A stretch of DNA of 64,000 nucleotides from Paragordius varius. Taxonomy: Eukaryota > Animalia > Nematomorpha. The position numbers were made by a program, and so were the translations under genes. The DNA lies in NCBI GenBank assembly GCA_964247055.1, contig OZ176055.1, positions 6,386,001-6,450,000 on the forward strand. Direction: 5' to 3'. Of the stretch, positions 39,999-52,200 are shown piece after piece. A model generated the notes under the pieces. It saw only the letters and a list, made by a program, of their open reading frames with translations, was not told the origin of the DNA and searched no databases. Position 1 is the stretch's first letter; each line of letters begins with the position of its first letter.

Positions 39999-42900
39999 TA
40001 AGGTGACCAGACGTCCCGCTTTTTCACACTTTGTCCCGCGTCCGCTACGTTTTTAAAATGTCCCGCTTTTTCACGATTATCTAAAAAAATTTTTTTTAAT
40101 ACAAATAAATTTTTTTTATCCGTTTAAATTTTTTATCATAAAATATATTTTAAATTATTCAATTTTAAATTAAAATTTTTTATTTTTTAATTAAAAATAT
40201 TTATTTTTTTTCGAATTTATATCATATGATTATACACTTTGCTTCCTACTACTACTGTCATCATTATCAAAAAGCCAAGTTAATACCACAAATCTCTAGA
40301 TTAAAAGACAATTTAAAACCACAAATCGGTAGCTTAAAGGACAAATTGATATCACAAATCGGTACCTTACACGTTTATTCCAGAAAATTAAGGTAATATA
40401 AAATTTATTATACTAATAATAGTTTAAAATATGAGCACAAAAAGAGGTTGTAAATTCAACGATAAATTAATGAAAGAATTTCCTTTTATCAAAACGAAGA
40501 ATAAATCATTTGTTAAATATTTTTTATGCCAGGGGGAAACCCTAGAACATGGCGGCAAGCATGATATTACAAAGCATATGTAAACACAGAAACATAAAGA
40601 AATATTTGGATATAGCGGCATCATCTTACAAAATGGGCGATTTTTATCGAAAAACCTCTTTTGGAGAGGAAGAAAAGAATTTGGCATTAGCCTAAGGCTT
40701 TTATCTTTTCACGCCGTTTATCAAAATCATTCCTTTAGATCTATGGATTGTACCTCACAAGTTATTCGCACGTTATTCCATAAAAAATATACATGCCGTA
40801 CAAAGGCTGAAGCCATTGTGTGCAATGTCCTTTCGCTACATGCATTTTCTGAAATAAAAAAAGATTTGCTGAAAATTAATTTTTTATCTCTCTACTCTGA
40901 TGCATCAGAAACAAAATTATTTCCTACTTTAATAAGATATTTGGATTCAGAAACCGGAGTAAATAAAAATTTAAAATTAATTTCTCCACCCAGTGAAAAT
41001 TCCGAAATAATATTTACTTCTATAATGCTTATTCTAGAAAAAAATAATTTAAAAGACAAAATTATCGCATATTGCGCTGACAACATCAATACGAACTCTG
41101 GTGGAAAAGCAAGGAGGGGAACAAAAAATATTTTTCATAAATTAACATATCTTAATTAAAACATTATTGGCGTCGGGTGTGCAGCGCATATAATACACAA
41201 CGCTATTCAAACAGCTGCTGATTTGTTACCCCTAGATGTGGAAAATGTAGTTGTTAAAATATATCCCTATTTTTATATATACACGGTACGCGTTGCTCTT
41301 AAGGAATTATGTGAAATGGAGAAGTTCAATATTACAAAATGTTTGGATTATTTTGTAAAACTCGTTGGTTAGCTCTTCTGCCAGCTATCGAAAGAATTTT
41401 AAAAATGTATGTCCTTTAAAATCATTTTTTTATCACAGGACAAATGTCCTACAACTTTAATTTTTGAAAGTGATTCTTCAAAAATATGGTTAGAATTCTT
41501 ATATAATCAAGCTTCTCCCTTCAAAATGTTATTAAATTTATAGAAGGTGACAAAATTTCGGCAATCGAAGTAGCCAATGTAATTAGTAACCTAAAATTCC
41601 AATGTCAAGAACGGTTAGAAAATAATTTTCTACCATTAATCATCCGCAATATAATAAATAATTTAGAAAAACAAGGCTTAATAAATCGCCAAGATATCCT
41701 GTACCATATTAAAATGTTTACAAAAAAGATTATTTGGAAGACTGGACGACACAATTCAATGAAATTGATCATTTTCATTGGATAACATTATAATCAGAAT
41801 TTAATTGGTGCGATGTTCAAAAATCATTTGATTATTTCTGTTCCCAAAAATCTCAAAAAGCAATCTGTCAGAAAATGATCTTTTTTCTGAAGAATCATTA
41901 GTTAAAAGATATATTAATATGAAAAAATTATGGACAAAATAAAAATATACAGTAGAAAAGAAATGGTTGGAAATATTTCATCATTTTGAAGCCAACTATA
42001 TTACATACAATAATATTTTAAAAATTGTGGAATTCGCACTATCTTTACCTGGAACCAACGCTGCTGCTGAGCACGTTTATTCCACAGTAAATCCGGTGTG
42101 GACATCGGAAAAATCAAATTTAAATGTTGAAACTTTAAAGGCCGTTTTATCTGTCAAATATAATTTGACAAATTCTTGTGAAGACTTCTACAATATTTTA
42201 AAAAATGATCACAATCTGCTAAAACGCATTCACTCAAACAAAAAATATACCAAAGAATAAAATAATTTCTTTAAAGTTTTTGCGTTAAAAAATAAACAAA
42301 ATTACTTAAAATATTGTATATGTCTTCATAATTTTTCAAATTATATTTGAACTGGAACATAACTTTTTTAAAAATGATTATTTTAACCATTTCTATCCTA
42401 CGTATTTTTTCCTGTTGTCCATAATATAAGTTCTCATTCAATATATTTATTTAATTGAGACTTCATAAAAAAGTGTCATTGTGCACCGTTTTATTCCAAA
42501 TAATCGTTTCTGTTTGTATAAAACATTTTTAAAAACTGGCTATTCATTGAGCATTGTTTTTCTAGATGCTTTATAATATTGCGATTAGCTAATGGTATAA
42601 AATTATTTTTTAACCTTTTTTGACTTGGAATTTTGACCTTTGTCCTGTGATAAAAAATAGGATTCTAGGAGATCACATTTTTATTAATATTTCAATCGCT
42701 GGCAAAAGAGATAACAACAGTTCTACAATATCCAAGCATTTTAAAATCTATATTTTCCCCATCCAGGGGTAACAAATCAGTAGCTGTTTGAATAGCGTTG
42801 TGTATCTGCCAATAATGTTTTGATTAAGATTATTCGCTAAATTGTTAAAAATATTTTTTGTGCCGCTTCTTGCATCACCCATCGCACTTTGTGATGATTT

Positions 42901-43147
42901 CGTCTTTATTATTTTTTTCTAGAATATTACAATCACTTCACCCTTTGTTCGTGCGATGTAAATTTATTGAATAAGGTACAAACAACCTGTAAGGTACAAA
43001 TTTTTTTTAAATTTATAATGTATTTGTGTTAAAAATAAATAAATATTACAATAAATTTTTTGTATAATTTTGGTTGTACCCCCCAATGACCCTCCCCCCC
43101 TTCTCAGATTTGTCCCGCTTTTTCCTTCAAAAAATCTGGTCACCTTA
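39999..43147 (+). mobile_element. Full-length but degraded hAT transposon (3149 bp)
   Basis: TIR TAAGGTGACCAGA at 39999 and TCTGGTCACCTTA ending at 43147. Exact 8-bp TSD TGCATGCC (39991-39998, 43148-43155). Subterminal GTCCCGC repeats. Fragmented transposase: SLYSDAS, YCADN, CAAHIIHN and the hATC dimerisation motif SLPGTNAAAEHVYS..W. Confidence 0.95.
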
Positions 43148-44385
43148 TGCATGCCGCAAACAAAAAATTTTTTTATGGCCCGTTAAATTTTTTGATGGTA
43201 TTAAATTCATCTCACAGCAATATTAGCAAATATCGCTTGTTTTGTCATTATGAATAATTTAACTTTAAAATGGGATGATTTTTCCACTCTCTTCGTAAAT
43301 TATGTATTAAAAGTTAATCAACAAATTTAAAGCGTTACACATTTCATTTTAATTTGCATATTTAGCACTTCGATTCCGATTGGGGTATCTAAATACCCCA
43401 GACTAAATTTGAGTTAGGATTTTTAGAAAACTACTGAAGGAAACGGTCCCAATTTTAATTTATGCTTCTATCCTAATAAAAGTTATATAAATATGCCAAA
43501 ATATCTAAATAAAATTTTGTTTTGAAAAAAAAGTTCCATGTCAAACTACTTCGACGCCATTTTTATTACAAAATTTTTGCAAAATATCGTCTCTATTTAA
43601 TTTTAAGAGTAAAATTAAAGATAATTTTTTATTTAAATTAAACATTGAGAGAAATGGAAAGTGGTTTATTTTGTATTATTTTTGAATTTTTCCATTGCAC
43701 ACATGTCATGTTGACTAAATGTTTACCTTTGGGTTGTTTTTTAAAATAGGTAATATCAAGTATTTTTAAACAAAAATATTCTGTATTACAGTTTATTAAA
43801 GTTAAAGTGCAAAATTTTGCCATGGTTATTCCTTGCATATTTTTTAAAGAATTCAATTAGGCCTATGGTATCCAACTACCCAAATTTGATTCGAAGGACT
43901 AAAATGAATGTGTTGTATCCAAGCGTTAAATTTGTCATTGCCTTTCCAAATTTAATGCTTCTAATTCGGACGATCAAACTGGTTTATTATTTTAGGTGGG
44001 ATTAGTAAATCGGGTTTCACAGGGCAGCGTCATTTTCGCTTTTAGATTATCTTTTTAGATTAGGATCTACAAAGTTACAAATATATTATAAATACGAATT
44101 TTACCAGAATTTGGAATGCAAAAATTGTGAGTCTAATTCCAATACGAGGGTTTTGCTGCCTGCCTGTTATAATAATAAAACGGCAGAATAAACTGGAGGT
44201 AATATTTAAAAAATTCTCATCTTTTAAAATATATTTACAATATGCGGGCCATAACGTATATTAATACCTAATACTTGGCTGTTAAAGCATATAAATATGT
44301 TAGTTTGAGTATCACATTAAAATGGCGATATCCTTGTCTTTTTTACATATTGGCACTAAATTTATACATAATATTGTGTTGTGAG

Positions 44386-44993
44386 TAGGGTTGTGCATTT
44401 GACTGCTTTTTCAAAAAAGTCCGGTCAGATCCGGTCATGACCACTATTTACTTAAGTAAGTATCATGCGATATTGGATTGTCAAAATAATGTTCGAATTA
44501 CACTTGCGTTATGTCATCTTTTTCTTGAAAGTTTATTTTACATTTTTTTAATATTTATTATTTAAAAATTTCGGTCAAATTTAATCATGAAATTTGTGTT
44601 CCAATGAATATTGCCATATTTTATGGCCAATCTTCAAAAACATAGCTTTTAATACTGGACACTTTCTTTCATCATAAAAATATCTAATTATAGGATGTTT
44701 TTCATTTTATTGGTTCACATATATGAAGTAATGCAGATTTTGCAAATGCTTGATTGTTTTGTTTTTTAAAATAATGCTTAAATGCTATAAATAAGCATAT
44801 TTAAATATTTAATTTTTATTTTTTAAAAACTATAATAATAAACAATAAAATCTTACTATTTTTTTTCTAAAAAATTTACGAGCAATTTTTCAAAAAACAG
44901 CTGTTTTTTAAAATGACCATGGTCGAAAAAAGTCACTGACCTGGTCATGACCCGGTCAATTGACCGGGTCATGATTTGGCCAGCACAACCCTA
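44386..44993. mobile_element. Non-autonomous TIR element (608 bp), hAT-like ends
   Basis: TIR TAGGGTTGTGC / GCACAACCCTA; exact direct repeat TTGTGAG (7 bp) on both flanks; repeated subterminal CCGGTCA motifs at both ends. Confidence 0.85.
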
Positions 44994-46559
44994 TTGTGAG
45001 GCGCAATATGTACCGCTAATGTATCCAATATTTATATTTTTACAAAATCTCTGGCCAGAAAAATTAGAGAGCCCTATGCGGCCCGTGGGCCGCAATTTAA
45101 GTACCACTGGAGTTAACCATTGCTTATATCATATTTACCCATATATTTACATCAGCACAAATTTAAATACACACATGCTTGTGCGTCCAAATGCAAGAAG
45201 TGAATGGATATGAGCTTCCGATACCATCGAACGCAACAATGGATTCTAGATATTTACATTGATTGGCAAGTTCCTAAAAATCATTTTAATTGCGATAATT
45301 TTTATTAGGGTTATCTAATGCAACGTATGTCCCCCATTTTTGGAATATGATAGCTGTGATTATTATCCAAAAATAGAGTTTCACACGCTATTTGACTTTT
45401 AATGCGATACTCTATATTTTTACCATTAATTTAAACATAGCTTTAATTGAAAGTCTTTATGCCAACACATCATCGACCGTAATATAGACAATGAATCCTA
45501 ATAATTTAAGAAACTTTTTGTTCGGTTTATGGAATGCGATCCGCGAAACCATTTGTAAACCGCTTTTTGGCTATTTAATGTAATTTTTTTAGTACGCAAC
45601 ATAAAATGGAATTATGTCTGTATTCAAATAAGGGGTTCCATCGTCTAGAATGAAATGTCCCTAATTATAATATCCTACTAATATACCCGTTTATACATCT
45701 GAATACATATAAAAATGGTTAAATCTTTTAAGCTGTCAAAGTTGATTTTATTATACGGTTTATTTTTGATATTAAAATTGTAATTTAATCTGTTTACTGT
45801 TTTCAACATATATGGTAAAATAATTATACGAAACACAATTAATTATATAATAATACAAATTTTTTTATCCAACTCAAACAAGTCTTGGATGGCCAAAAAA
45901 TGGTAATTTTGCTTTAAATATAACTTGAAATGTATTATTTGAAAAAACTATAATTAATATATTAATGAAATTTATTTTTAATATTATTCTTTTCGCCTCT
46001 CATATTTTCCAGGATTCGAGCTTAGAAGGTTTTCTACTAATTATCATAAAAAAATTTAATAACTTTACCCATATTTAAATATAATTAAATTTTTTTTCAA
46101 TAATACACAGTCGATCGTGAGGGGGCGTGCTTGCAATATTACTTTATGGTTGAATAGGCCAAGATTTTTGTTACAACATGAATTAGGAAAATTTTATTTT
46201 AACTTTTGAAAAATAATTTTAAACAGCTTGCATCACTAAGGATTTAACAACCGTCAGAACCACATAAGACTTTTAAAATTTATTTCAACACATTGCTATG
46301 CTTGATATTAAAATTATTTAAATTGTTATAGCTATATTTTCAAATATGTCAATTCTTTGAACCAATTTTTAGGAAAACATATGGCATTTAAATAAAAAAT
46401 GGTTATTTTTTATATTATTTATGAATGCCCCAATATACTCTAACCACTGATTTGATTGAAAGCAACTCTTGCCAAGATATAAGCATAACCCCAAATAAAA
46501 TTTTCAAATGAACAAATCCTCAAAAAATTAATTTTGTTGTACAATATTCGTTTTTAGTA

Positions 46560-48870
46560 AAATAAAAATGGAAAGTGGTAGCTTTGTGTTTCCGGAAAAC
46601 CGGTAAACCCTATTCAAACCCAAACGTCGAAAAAATATAATCATTAATAAATGCCCCGACAGTAGCTTCGTCCTTTCTTTGAATTAGGCCCCCAGTTCGG
46701 GTCCACTCCGTGTGAAGAACGGGTTTTTTTGAAAACACAAGTCCACAAAAATCGTGTCTTTGAGATAATTTTTCGGAAAATGTGTTGGACCATTCGATCT
46801 CAAATATGAATTTTTTTACTTTTTTTCGATTGCGCCGAACATGGTCGGCTGGCTTTTTCAATTTAGGCCCTCTTTTTACCTGCTTCTCCCGTAAAATGCC
46901 ATATTTTTCAAAAAAAGTCCACAAAAATAATTTTTTAATCTATTTTTCTTCCAAGGTATGAGACCGTAAAAATTCAAAAAAGATTCCATGTATGCCCTGT
47001 TAGGCAAAAATTTTAGTCAAGCGTTTCTTTGATGATAGCGGCAGGGTAAGGAGATACCCGCCAAAAACTGACCCGTAATATCAAAATAACGTGCCTTTGG
47101 GGTTAAGAAAACCTATCAGGCCATATAAGTTCAATAGGTGCATATTACCCGTAACAAGGCAAAAATTTAGGTCGTGCGGTTTTTTAAAATTGCCCTTTAA
47201 TATGTATGCTATTTGGAAATAATTAATGACTTTCTAGCAATGTATGCTTATTCATACTGTATCATCTATATATTTATAAAAATGGAAAGTGGTGGCTTTG
47301 TGATCTGTTTCCGGAAAACCGGTATTTAAATCCAAATATCGCAAAAATATAATTATTAATGAATGCCCCGACAATAGCTTCGTTCTTTTTTGAATAAAAA
47401 AACGAGTTTTTTAAAAACACAAGTCCACAAAAATTGTGTCTTTGAGACAATTTTCTCGAAAATGTGGATTATTCGATTTCAAATATGATTTTTTTTAACT
47501 TATTTTCGATTGCTTCGAACATAGTCGGCTCACTTTTTTAATATTTTTCGCTTAAGGTATGAAACCGTAAAAATTATTATTTAGTAGCCATTCTTCCAAA
47601 ACTATTAAGAACGTATGGAATCAATCTCCGTAAGGCAAAAATTTTAATCAGGTGCCTTTTTTGTATCAGCCACTGGGGAGCTACCCGCCTAAAACTGCGC
47701 CACCATATCGAAATTGTGTTGTTTAGGAGTTAATTTTCAGAAAACCTATCAGGTCATATGAGTTCAATAGTTGCTGATATTACCCGTAACACAAAAATTT
47801 AAGTCGAGCGGTTTTTTAAATTAGCGGTTAAATAGGCCCTTTACGCCCTAAAGCTATCATTGAAGTATTATTTAGTTTTGAAGTCTTCCAAAAACTATTA
47901 AGAACATATGGATTAAATTATAATTTCAGGTATTCCCAAATAAAGGCAAAAAATATTATCGAACGCTTTTTATATTGGCCACGGGTACGGGGCTACCCGC
48001 GTAAAACTGCTTCACTATATCGTACAGCATGCTTTTTACGCCAATCAAAAAACCTATAAAACTATGTGAGTTCAATAAGGGCCTAAAATATTTATTACCC
48101 CTTAAAAAACAAATATTTTAGTATAGGGGGTATTTCAATGAGTCGCTAGAAAAAGTTTTGCGCCCTGAAAATTTCGCCGCCATAGAACAATTTTTAGTTT
48201 GGAACAATATTTCCAAGAACCTATAGGAACATATGGATATTATAATTCCAGATATTCCCCATATAAAGACAAAAATTTTGCCCGACGCTTTTTTATACCT
48301 GCCTCTGCGTAAGAAGTCACCCGCCAAAAACTGCGCCACTATAGAGAAATTGCGTTGTTTTGGAACTAATTTGAAGAAAACTTATGCATATGAGCTCATT
48401 TAAAGTTCGAAATATTATAAAAATTAAGGTCATGCCTTTTTTATTAGCCGTTAATTTGGGGTTTATATGCCCTAAAAATACGCCATCATATAACGATTAT
48501 TTAGTATTAAGGTATTTTTTCGAATAACTCATGAGATGATGGTCTCAAAGATGATTCCAAACATTTTCTCTATAAGGGCAAAGAATTTAACTCAGCGCTT
48601 TTTCCATATAGGTCTATGGGTAGGGTTCTACCGGTTCAAAACTGAAACGCTATATAAAAATGGCGTAGTTTTGGAGCCAATTTTAACTTACGAAGCCATG
48701 CGAGTTCAATAAAGGCTTTAAATATTACCCATAAAATGGTAAAAATTATAGTATAGCTATGTTTTCAGTTAGCCGTCAATTTGGGGCCTTTACACCAGTA
48801 AATATATTAGTATGAATTCACCGTTTTGAAAAACTTATAAGATCATAGCTATTAAATAATGTTTAAAAAA
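46560..48870 (+). repeat. Older, diverged relative of the Helitron-associated repeat at 54244-58014
   Basis: Two units begin AAAAATGGAAAGTGG..TTTGTG..CCGGAAAACCGG (about 46563 and 47278; the second has the ATCTATATATTTATAAAA 5' end at 47264). A degenerate repeat of about 310 bp follows (AAGGCAAAAATTT...ACCCGC..AAAACTG near 47633, 47942, 48265, 48575). Confidence 0.75.
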
Positions 48871-49289
48871 TAATATTACCTTTATTTATTTGGCCCTTTC
48901 TTTTCTAAAATCTAATATTTATTTGGATATAATCAGGGCATAAAACCGGGGCCAAAATTCTTGCCGGTTTCAAAATGAATTTTGAAATAAGGTTTGTGTT
49001 TAAAAAATTGCCGATTTCTTTAAACTGGACCGGAAGAAAATTTGGTTCTGATAAAACTGATACCGTTTTCATTCTACAATAAGTCTTAAGTCGCGGTAAA
49101 AAAGTCTTAAGAGCTGATTTATTTTTTGTTGTCTTTTAAATAACCCCTTCAAATTCCAATGCAATGTATGTATTTAATTTACATAAAAATGTAATGTTTG
49201 TCAAAATTTAAGATCAATTTAACTCTAGCTGTGCTGTAAGTATTTCGCAATATAATTCTCAAATAATTTTAATTTTAATTATTTGTTAG

Positions 49290-52200
49290 ACGATAAGCAT
49301 TGGTATGACAAAGCTAAAAAAAGTTTAATTCAAGCCGAAATCAATAGAGGTCGTAAAGTAGCATATTGTGCAAATGCGCCAAATATATCGTCAGAGTTTA
49401 AGAAACAACCGACTAGGAAATGGAAAGCAAAAAATATAATTTTATTTATTGGGGATGGAATGGGTTCTACTACTATAACAGCAGCTCGCATACTCAAAGG
49501 CCAGAAAGCTGGAAAGCCTGGAGAAGAAACGGAATTCGTGTGGGACATGTTCCCAAACACAGCTTTTGCCAAGGTTAAAACATAATTGTTAATTAATTTA
49601 TAATAAATTAAGCAATCAATGGAATTAAAAATTTAACAAATATGAATAATTATTTTTAGCCCTAAAATGCAATAATATAACATTTTTTCTGGTTGTTGAC
49701 AATTCTCGAGACTTATTCAGAAAATTTGTTTTAATATCATTTTATTAAAATGTTGTAAGCATGTAAATCCAGAATAATTGGATTATATTAATAATAGGCA
49801 AATGTAATTTTGTTTATCTATCCCTCAGACTTACAGCACTAATTTTCAAGTACCGGACAGTGCTTCGACTGCCACAGCCATTTTGTGTGGAGTCAAAACC
49901 AAATTTGGAGTTATTGGATTGAATGATTCGGTCTCATATGAAAATGATGAGAATGATTCGATTTCCAAATCAAGAATATCTTGTCTTTCTCAATGGTTTA
50001 TTGATCAAAGTATTTATATAGGTTTTTTAATTAATATTTAAATGACAACGAGAACGAATATTAGTAACAATTAATATTCCCAAAGTATCTAAAACTAAAT
50101 AATATCCAAATTTTTGCACACCTGGAAGTATCTGGTTAAATTTTAAATTAATTTAACGCTAAAATAATATACCATTTACAGTTCAAATTCACCCTTGAAC
50201 AATTCAAATTCACCCTCGAACAATTCGAATTCACCCTTGAACAATTCAAATTCACCTTCGAACAATTCAAATTCACCCTAAAAATAAATTATGTGTTTTA
50301 ATATAAAATATCTTTATGGCATAATTAATTATTTTTTACAGTATTATTTTAATATAAAACAAAATTTTATTTTTAAAAATATATTAAAATATAGGTAATT
50401 TTTAATCTTAAAAAACATGTTATTTATTTGAGGGTGAATTTGAATTGTTCGAGGGTGAATTTGAATTATTCAAGGGAATTGTTTAAGGGTGAATTTGAAT
50501 TGTTTAAGGGTGAATTTGAACTGTAAATGGTATATTATAAAATGTGTCATTACCATTTATATCATATTTAATATAATATAAGTAACAAAAATAATTGTAA
50601 CTTTCAAAACTACTAATCTTGATACCAATACATGTTGCGGTTATTTTTATTGAATTTTGATGTTAATTTAGGGTCGATTTAATTTAATTTACAAAAATAT
50701 TTTAGATAAATCCGTAGGAGTTGTGACGAATACTCGAATAACTCATGCCACACCCGCAGCTTTTTATGCTTATGCAACGGATCGGAATTACGAATCTGAC
50801 AAACTTTTTGTGATTCCAAATCATGAAAGGGTAGGACATTACATGTTTGAGAAAAAAAATTTGGCCCGCAAATACAAAGATATTGCTTGGCAACTGATAA
50901 ACAATGAACCTGGTAACAAATTTAAGGTTGTGTCGATTCCCCATACTATACAGTAAAAATTGAATTTATATACAGACAAAACGTAGAAAAAACAAAAAGA
51001 AATATGTTTCTTTTTCTCTAAAAGACCATTGTACCTTATTAACCCTTGATTTTTTTTTATTATTTGAAATAGTGTGAATTGCGAGATGTAAATTAGTAAC
51101 ACCTAATTAAATAATTTATATAAAATCAAGGTTTAAAAAATTATGGCTGTCTTTAAAAAATATTTGTCTTTAAGTTTTTACGTTTTGTCTCTATAATTTC
51201 AGTTTTTACTGTATAATGATTACTTATCGCATATATGAACACAAACTATTATACTATATTATAGGTCATTTTGGGAGGTGGTTGGAAAAATTTTCTGACA
51301 ATCAATGAAGATAATAAGGATCACGCTAAACTTTACACAGAACTGAACGCATTGGGTTTAAATATATCTGCCCTTACTGAATATAAACAAAAAATCTTGC
51401 GTACGATATCTTTCAATAACAACAATGACAATGAAACTGACGCAAAAAGGCAAGGCGTTCGTTTACAAGACAACCTGATAAAAAGATGGTTGATGGCGCA
51501 TAATTCTAAATATCATAATGCAGCTTACGTTACTAACAGAAGTCAACTTTTAAATATAAATCCCGATGAAACGGATTACTTAATGGGTAAAGAATTATTA
51601 CAAAGAATTAATATGTGTTAGACTCAATATGTATGTTTCGTTCATAGAATTAAAAATATTTACATGAACAACTTCTAAATATAAAATAAGACTTTCATTT
51701 ACATGATATAATTTTGGTTTAACTATCTACTCACGCATGTGAGTGTATGGCTAGCCCTCTTGCCTAGCAATAAAAAATAGATAAAGTTAATATAATGATA
51801 CTAAAACAGTAATACTTACAATAATAATTTGCCTAAATATCTATACATTTATCAGATTAATTAATCTTCGAATTGTCCTTCGATTATAGATCGCCAGGTT
51901 TTTACATATGGCTCATTAATTACTTTTGAAGTTAAAAAAAATGAGTTGGTTTTATGGAACTTATCTATATAAAGAATGGTATATATATTTTTTTAGAGAT
52001 AATAACTAAATTATATTATTAATAGTTATAAATAAGAAATCTATCTTGCAGCTCACATTTCATAAAAATATTTAAATAGCCAACACTGCTCAAAACTTGT
52101 GGAAAATTTAAATCTGTTAAATTTCACTTATTTAGGTTTATTCAATTATGACCATTTAAATTATGAAATAAATCGCCGAAAACACAAACATGGAGGGAAA

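Noticed and set aside
43200-49289. Candidate first (signal-peptide) exon of the alkaline phosphatase
   Set aside because: No ATG-initiated hydrophobic exon with a phase-1 donor was found with confidence.
50185-50520. 21-bp repeats as a CRISPR array
   Set aside because: Contiguous repeats without spacers, arranged as inverted arms, in a eukaryotic intron with no cas genes.
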